A stretch of 64,000 bases of DNA from Mantamonas sphyraenae STR306 (lineage: Eukaryota > Protista > CRuMs): the NCBI GenBank assembly GCA_026936335.1, contig JAPMXV010000069.1, positions 124,001 through 188,000 on the forward strand. Reading direction: 5' to 3'. The notes under the pieces were generated by a model. The model saw only the letters and a list, made by a program, of their open reading frames with translations, did not search any database and had not been told where the DNA came from. The translations under genes were made by a program, and so were the position numbers. Of the stretch, positions 59,661 through 64,000 are shown piece after piece (positions within the stretch are counted from its first letter, which is position 1; every line of letters begins with the position of its first letter).

Positions 59661-62600
59661 ATGACACGCACACGACGACAGACTGCGCTCATGGAACAGC
59701 AGAGCCAGGTGGAGATGGAAGATCCGCGAGCGCTGGAGACGGACGACGGCGCCGATGATTCCGACGAGGAGTTCTTGTCGTACGCCTCGAAGGAGACATC
59801 TGGACACGGAAACACAAAGGAAACAGGCATGGAGGCAAGCAGCACTGGTCAGGGGGCGGCATCCAAGTAGGTTGGCGAGACATGGACTGGGCAGAGACGT
59901 GTTGGCGCCAAAACGACAAACGGCCACAAAAATTGAACGGTGGAAAAGGCGGCTGACACAAAGGGCGCTGCTCCGACACGCACAGCTACTTTGAACAGTT
60001 CAGCAAGAGTGTACGCTTCACGCCTGGATCGCCTCTGCGTCAGCAGGAGGTGCAACAATACACGACACCGCCGTCCGTGCGAGCAATCCGGCAGCACTTG
60101 ATCTTTTCGCCGACGACGCCGCACGTGCCCAAGCTGGACATGAAGGCAGCGTCGGCCAGCCAAAGCGCAACTGCACACGAGGCAACGCCGGAGCAGGAGA
60201 ACACGCCTGTCAACACACCCCCCAAGGGCAAGGCGGGCAAGGCGGGCAAGTCTCTGGCGGCGAGCAGCAGCAGCAGCAGCCGCGGAAGAGGAGGACGCAA
60301 CACGCATCAGCAGCGGTCGGGAACGGCGTCGACGAGGGCCAAGGCATCCAAAGCGGTGGAAGAGGAGACAAGGAGCAAAAAGGGAGGAGGAATCATGCGA
60401 CGTGGGGGCACGCTGACAAAGCGACGTGGAGGAAACAAGACGGGCCAAACGGAACCCATCAAGGTTTACCTGCGCATCCGTCCGTTCAGCCGGGCCGAGG
60501 TGAGCTCGAACATCCAACCGTGCATCACGTTGCTGGGCTCGTCCGCCATTGCGGTGCGTGCGCCAGATTCGGCCAAGGAAACGCGGTTCATCTTTACCGA
60601 GGTGTTTGCGCCGGACGTGACGCAGCAGCCGCTGTACGACGGAACGACGCGGCGGCTGTTGAAGAGCGTGTGCAGTGGCCACAACGCGTTGCTGTTTACG
60701 TACGGCATGACAAACAGCGGCAAGACGTACACAATCAGCGGAACGAAGGAGGCGCCGGGCTTGCTGCCGCGTGTGATGCAGCAGGCGTTTGCCTCGTTGG
60801 GAGACTACCTTGTGCAGCGGCCGGAAAGCGAGCCGTTCTTTGAGAGCGAGTCGCCTGCGGATCTGGACGAGATCCCGTTTGTGCAAGAGGGCCTGGAGCC
60901 GCTGGAGGTGGATCTGGACGTGGCGTACGAGCTGTGGCTGAGCTGCTGCGAGATCTACAACGAACGCATCCACGACTTGATTGGCGAGGCGCAGAACCTG
61001 AAGCTGGGTCAGGACAAACAGGGCCATGTGTACGTGAAGAACCTGACCGAGGTGCGTGTGACGGACTTGGCAGAGGCGCACGCGGTGATTGCCAAGGCAC
61101 AGGCGAACCGAAGTGTGGGTGGCACGATGCTGAACAACGACAGCAGCCGATCGCACACCATCTTTACGCTGCGCGTGGTGCGATTTCCGTTTGACGAGCG
61201 CACGGGCCACATGCTGATTGATCACGCCACGCATGCGCGTCTGAGCATCGTGGATCTGGCCGGGTCGGAGAGGTCGTCGCGAGCGCTGACGAGCGGCAGG
61301 CGGCTGCGAGAGGCGTCCAACATCAACACGAGTCTGATGACGCTGGGTCGGGTGATTGACACGCTGCGACACAACCAAAACTCGTCGGAACGTGGCCAGA
61401 AGCGGGTGCCCTTTCGCGACTCGAAGCTGACGCGGCTGTTTCAGGACCACTTTGTGGGCCACGGCAAGGCGGCCATGATTGTCAATGTGAATGCGGGCGA
61501 TCTGGACATTGAGGAGACGATGCACGTGCTCAAGTTTTCTCAGCGATTGCACGTGACGTGCGCACAGCGCAGGACGGCCCGCAGCAGGGGCTGGGCTCGC
61601 TGAACGGCGCCATGGCCAGGATGTACCAGAGCGACAAGGAGTGCGGCCTGGACGTCGACGACGTGAACGTGGCCTTGGAAGACGACGATGAGGAGGACGA
61701 GCATGGCATGGAGGAGGAGGAGGAGGAGGAGGAGGAGGATGAAGAGGGGGCAGAGAACGACGATGACGACGATGACGAAGAGTTTTTCCAGCAGGCGGAA
61801 GCTGGTGGTGGTAGGCCGCAGTCGATCATTGACGCAGCGGCGGAGGATCCATTTGCGCAATTTGAGGAGGATGAGGATGAGGACGAGGAGGAACCAAGCT
61901 GGGAAGAGCTGATGGCGCGAGTGGTGGAGGCAGAGGCACGTGCAAACGAAGTGGAGGATCAAGTGCGACAGGAAGTGGCTGTGGAGATGGCGGAACGTCT
62001 GGCAGAGATGGAAATGATGTACGAGGAGCGGCTGCAGGAACAAATGATCGCGGCGGACACGCGGCTGGACACCAAAATGTCGCTGTTTGCAGATCAACAG
62101 CAGGCGGCAGCAACGTCGGAGGATCCGTACCTGCGTACGGCACACAACAACCTGAAGAAGCAGTATCAACTGGCGCAGGAGCGTGTGTACGCGCTGGAGA
62201 AGCGAAACGAAACGCTGAGCGAAGAGCTGCAGGCGCGTGTGAATCTGGTGGCGCAGCAGGCGGCAGATTTGGCCAAGGAGAAAACGCGGTCGGCGAATGT
62301 TGGAGCACAGTTGAAGCAGATGCGCGGGGCACTGGAGTCGATGACGGATCTGGAGACAAACCTGCGGCGGTCGCTGGAGAACGAGGCGAGGGTGAAACTG
62401 AACCAGCAACGGAACGAGATTGCAGCGAATGCGCGGGAACAGGTGGCGGCGGTGGAGCACAAGTTGCGTGAGGAGAGGAAGAAGAACGCACAGCTGGAGG
62501 AGACGTGCAAGAAGCTGCAGGCGCGTGTGACAAAGCTTGTGCAGTGGCAGCAGCACACACAGGAGCAAATCAGGACGATGCAGGAAAAGAACGGAAACCG

Positions 62601-63870
62601 CAGCAAGACGGGCAAGAAGAAGAAGAAGGAAGACACAACGACATTCTTGCACGCACAGCCCAACGTGGCGTACGCGGACACGAGCCACAAGATCGAAATG
62701 GGCAAGGAGAGCAAGGCAGGCGAGCTGCAGGACTTTCTGGATTCGCACGGATCGCCAAAGTTCAAGAAGTACCAGGCGCTGGCAGTGGATGCAAAGCGCA
62801 ACAGCCAGGGCGGAGGGCAAAAGACCGTGAGCACGCTGTGGTCGGGAATGGTGGCGCCGTCGCCGTCGGGCAAGGGCTTTTCGGTGAGCTTTACGGACGT
62901 GGAGAAGCTGGAAAAGGCGAGTGTGGAACCGAAGCGGATGACACGCGCTCGTGCACGTGCACTGAACATGAGCGGAAGCAAGGGCAGCAACAGCGCAGCT
63001 GGAAGAGACAAGGCCACAGCTGTATTTGGAGAGGAGGATGGAGGCAACGTGCGTGAAGAAAGGCAGAAGAAGGAGAACGAGCAGGGCGGGGAGCCGATGG
63101 AGGAATTCGACTCGTTGCAGGTGCACAAGGTGGACGTGGTGCGACGTGCAAAGCGAGCCGGAGTGCGTCCGCCGCGCAGCACACGCAAGCGCAGCAAGGA
63201 TGACGTGGAGGAAGTGGAGCGTGTGGAGATGGATGTGCGTGACGAGATCAAGCGCAGGCGTCTGGGGATGCAGGCACGACAGGCAGACCCAGTGATGGTG
63301 GTGGAAGAGGAAGAGGCGGGGTCCACGTCGTCCAAGGCGGCAAAGGGCAAGAAGGAGAGCAAGAAGGAGAGCAAGAGCAAGGCCAAGGGCAAGGGCATGT
63401 CGCTGGCACAGAGGTTGCTGCGGTCCGGAAAGAAGAAGAGCAAGAAGGAGGATGCGTACGCGTTTGACGAAGATGACGAGGAGGAGGAAGAAGAAGTGGA
63501 TGAGGAGGAGGAGAGGGTGGTGGAAGAAGAGGTGGTGGTGAACACGCGAGCAGCAGGTGGTAGCTCGGCGATGATGAGCGAGCTGGGAGCGGCGCTTCAA
63601 CGTCGCAAGGAGAAGCAGAACAAGGAGATGGAAGTAGAAGAGGCAGCAGAGGTGGTGGAGAAGAAGGTGGAAAAGAAGGTGGAAAAGAAGGTGGAGAAGA
63701 AGGAGGAGAAGAAGGAGGAGAAGAAGAAGAAGCGAAGGAAGCTGTTTGGAAGGAGCAAGAAGGTGGTGGTGGATGACGCAGACGAAGGAGAGGATGGAGA
63801 GGAGCGTGGAGAGAGTGTGGAGGCGAGTGCGTTGCCCATTGCACAGCGTCTCCGAGCTGGATTGGTGTGA
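59661..63870 (+). CDS. Kinesin-6 family motor (KIF20/KIF23, MKLP-like); first exon 59661-59866, intron ends at 59985 or 60003; frame break near 61538
   Basis: VYLRIRP, FTYGMTNSGKTYT P-loop, loop-6 insertion, SSRSH, DLAGSER, VPFRDSKLT; removing 2 nt gives LKFSAIARDV leading into a coiled-coil tail. Confidence 0.88.
63655..63730 (+). repeat. 12-nt coding repeat (VEKK/EEKK)n in the kinesin tail
   Basis: Direct observation. Confidence 0.8.
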
Positions 63871-63904
63871 GAAGGGAGCAATGGATGCTTTCGTTTGGTT
63901 CACT

Positions 63905-64000
63905 TCACACGCGTGCGGGTTCGTCATCCACGATGTGCTGTCCACTGCCGACGCCCTGGGCTTGTGCGTCGTCGTCGACATCGGCTTCGGGTTGTGCGTC
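63905..64000 (-). CDS. 3' end of a convergent gene running off the window
   Basis: Open frame DAQPEADVDDDAQAQGVGSGQHIVDDEPARV then TGA, followed by A-rich sequence; too short to identify. Confidence 0.35.
   Translation of the reverse strand, partial: DAQPEADVDDDAQAQGVGSGQHIVDDEPARV

Noticed and set aside
1-64000. Alternative genetic code or Euplotes-type programmed frameshifting
   Set aside because: All three stops terminate genes, conserved domains have no in-frame stops, and the frame breaks share no AAA-stop motif.

Overview
Extremely gene-dense, GC-rich eukaryotic nuclear DNA, probably from a flagellated unicellular protist (TTLL and CEP164-like genes, few short GT-AG introns, intergenic spacers often under 70 bp). 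It holds about 24 protein genes: EED-like WD40, QDPR, YqgF, a TPR co-chaperone, FANCE, a CUE-TTLL, prenylcysteine oxidase, LMBRD1, a head-to-head pair of giant Kelch/beta-helix/Cys-rich/multi-TM receptor-like paralogs, FNTB, an F-box/LRR protein, a triple-RasGAP protein facing a degenerate membrane nucleotidyl cyclase, a possible divergent FANCI, RPA135, a zf-4CXXC_R1 protein, CFIm25, a CEP164-like WW protein, PS decarboxylase and kinesin-6. No RNA genes, transposons or CRISPR arrays were seen. Roughly a dozen 1-2 nt frame breaks look like consensus errors. The most interesting signals are the divergent receptor-channel pair, the RasGAP/pseudo-cyclase pair, and ultra-compact gene spacing with a recurring (AA)TGAA 3' motif alongside a CFIm25 whose RNA-reading residues are altered. 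All family calls come from motif recognition by eye; no database search was run.
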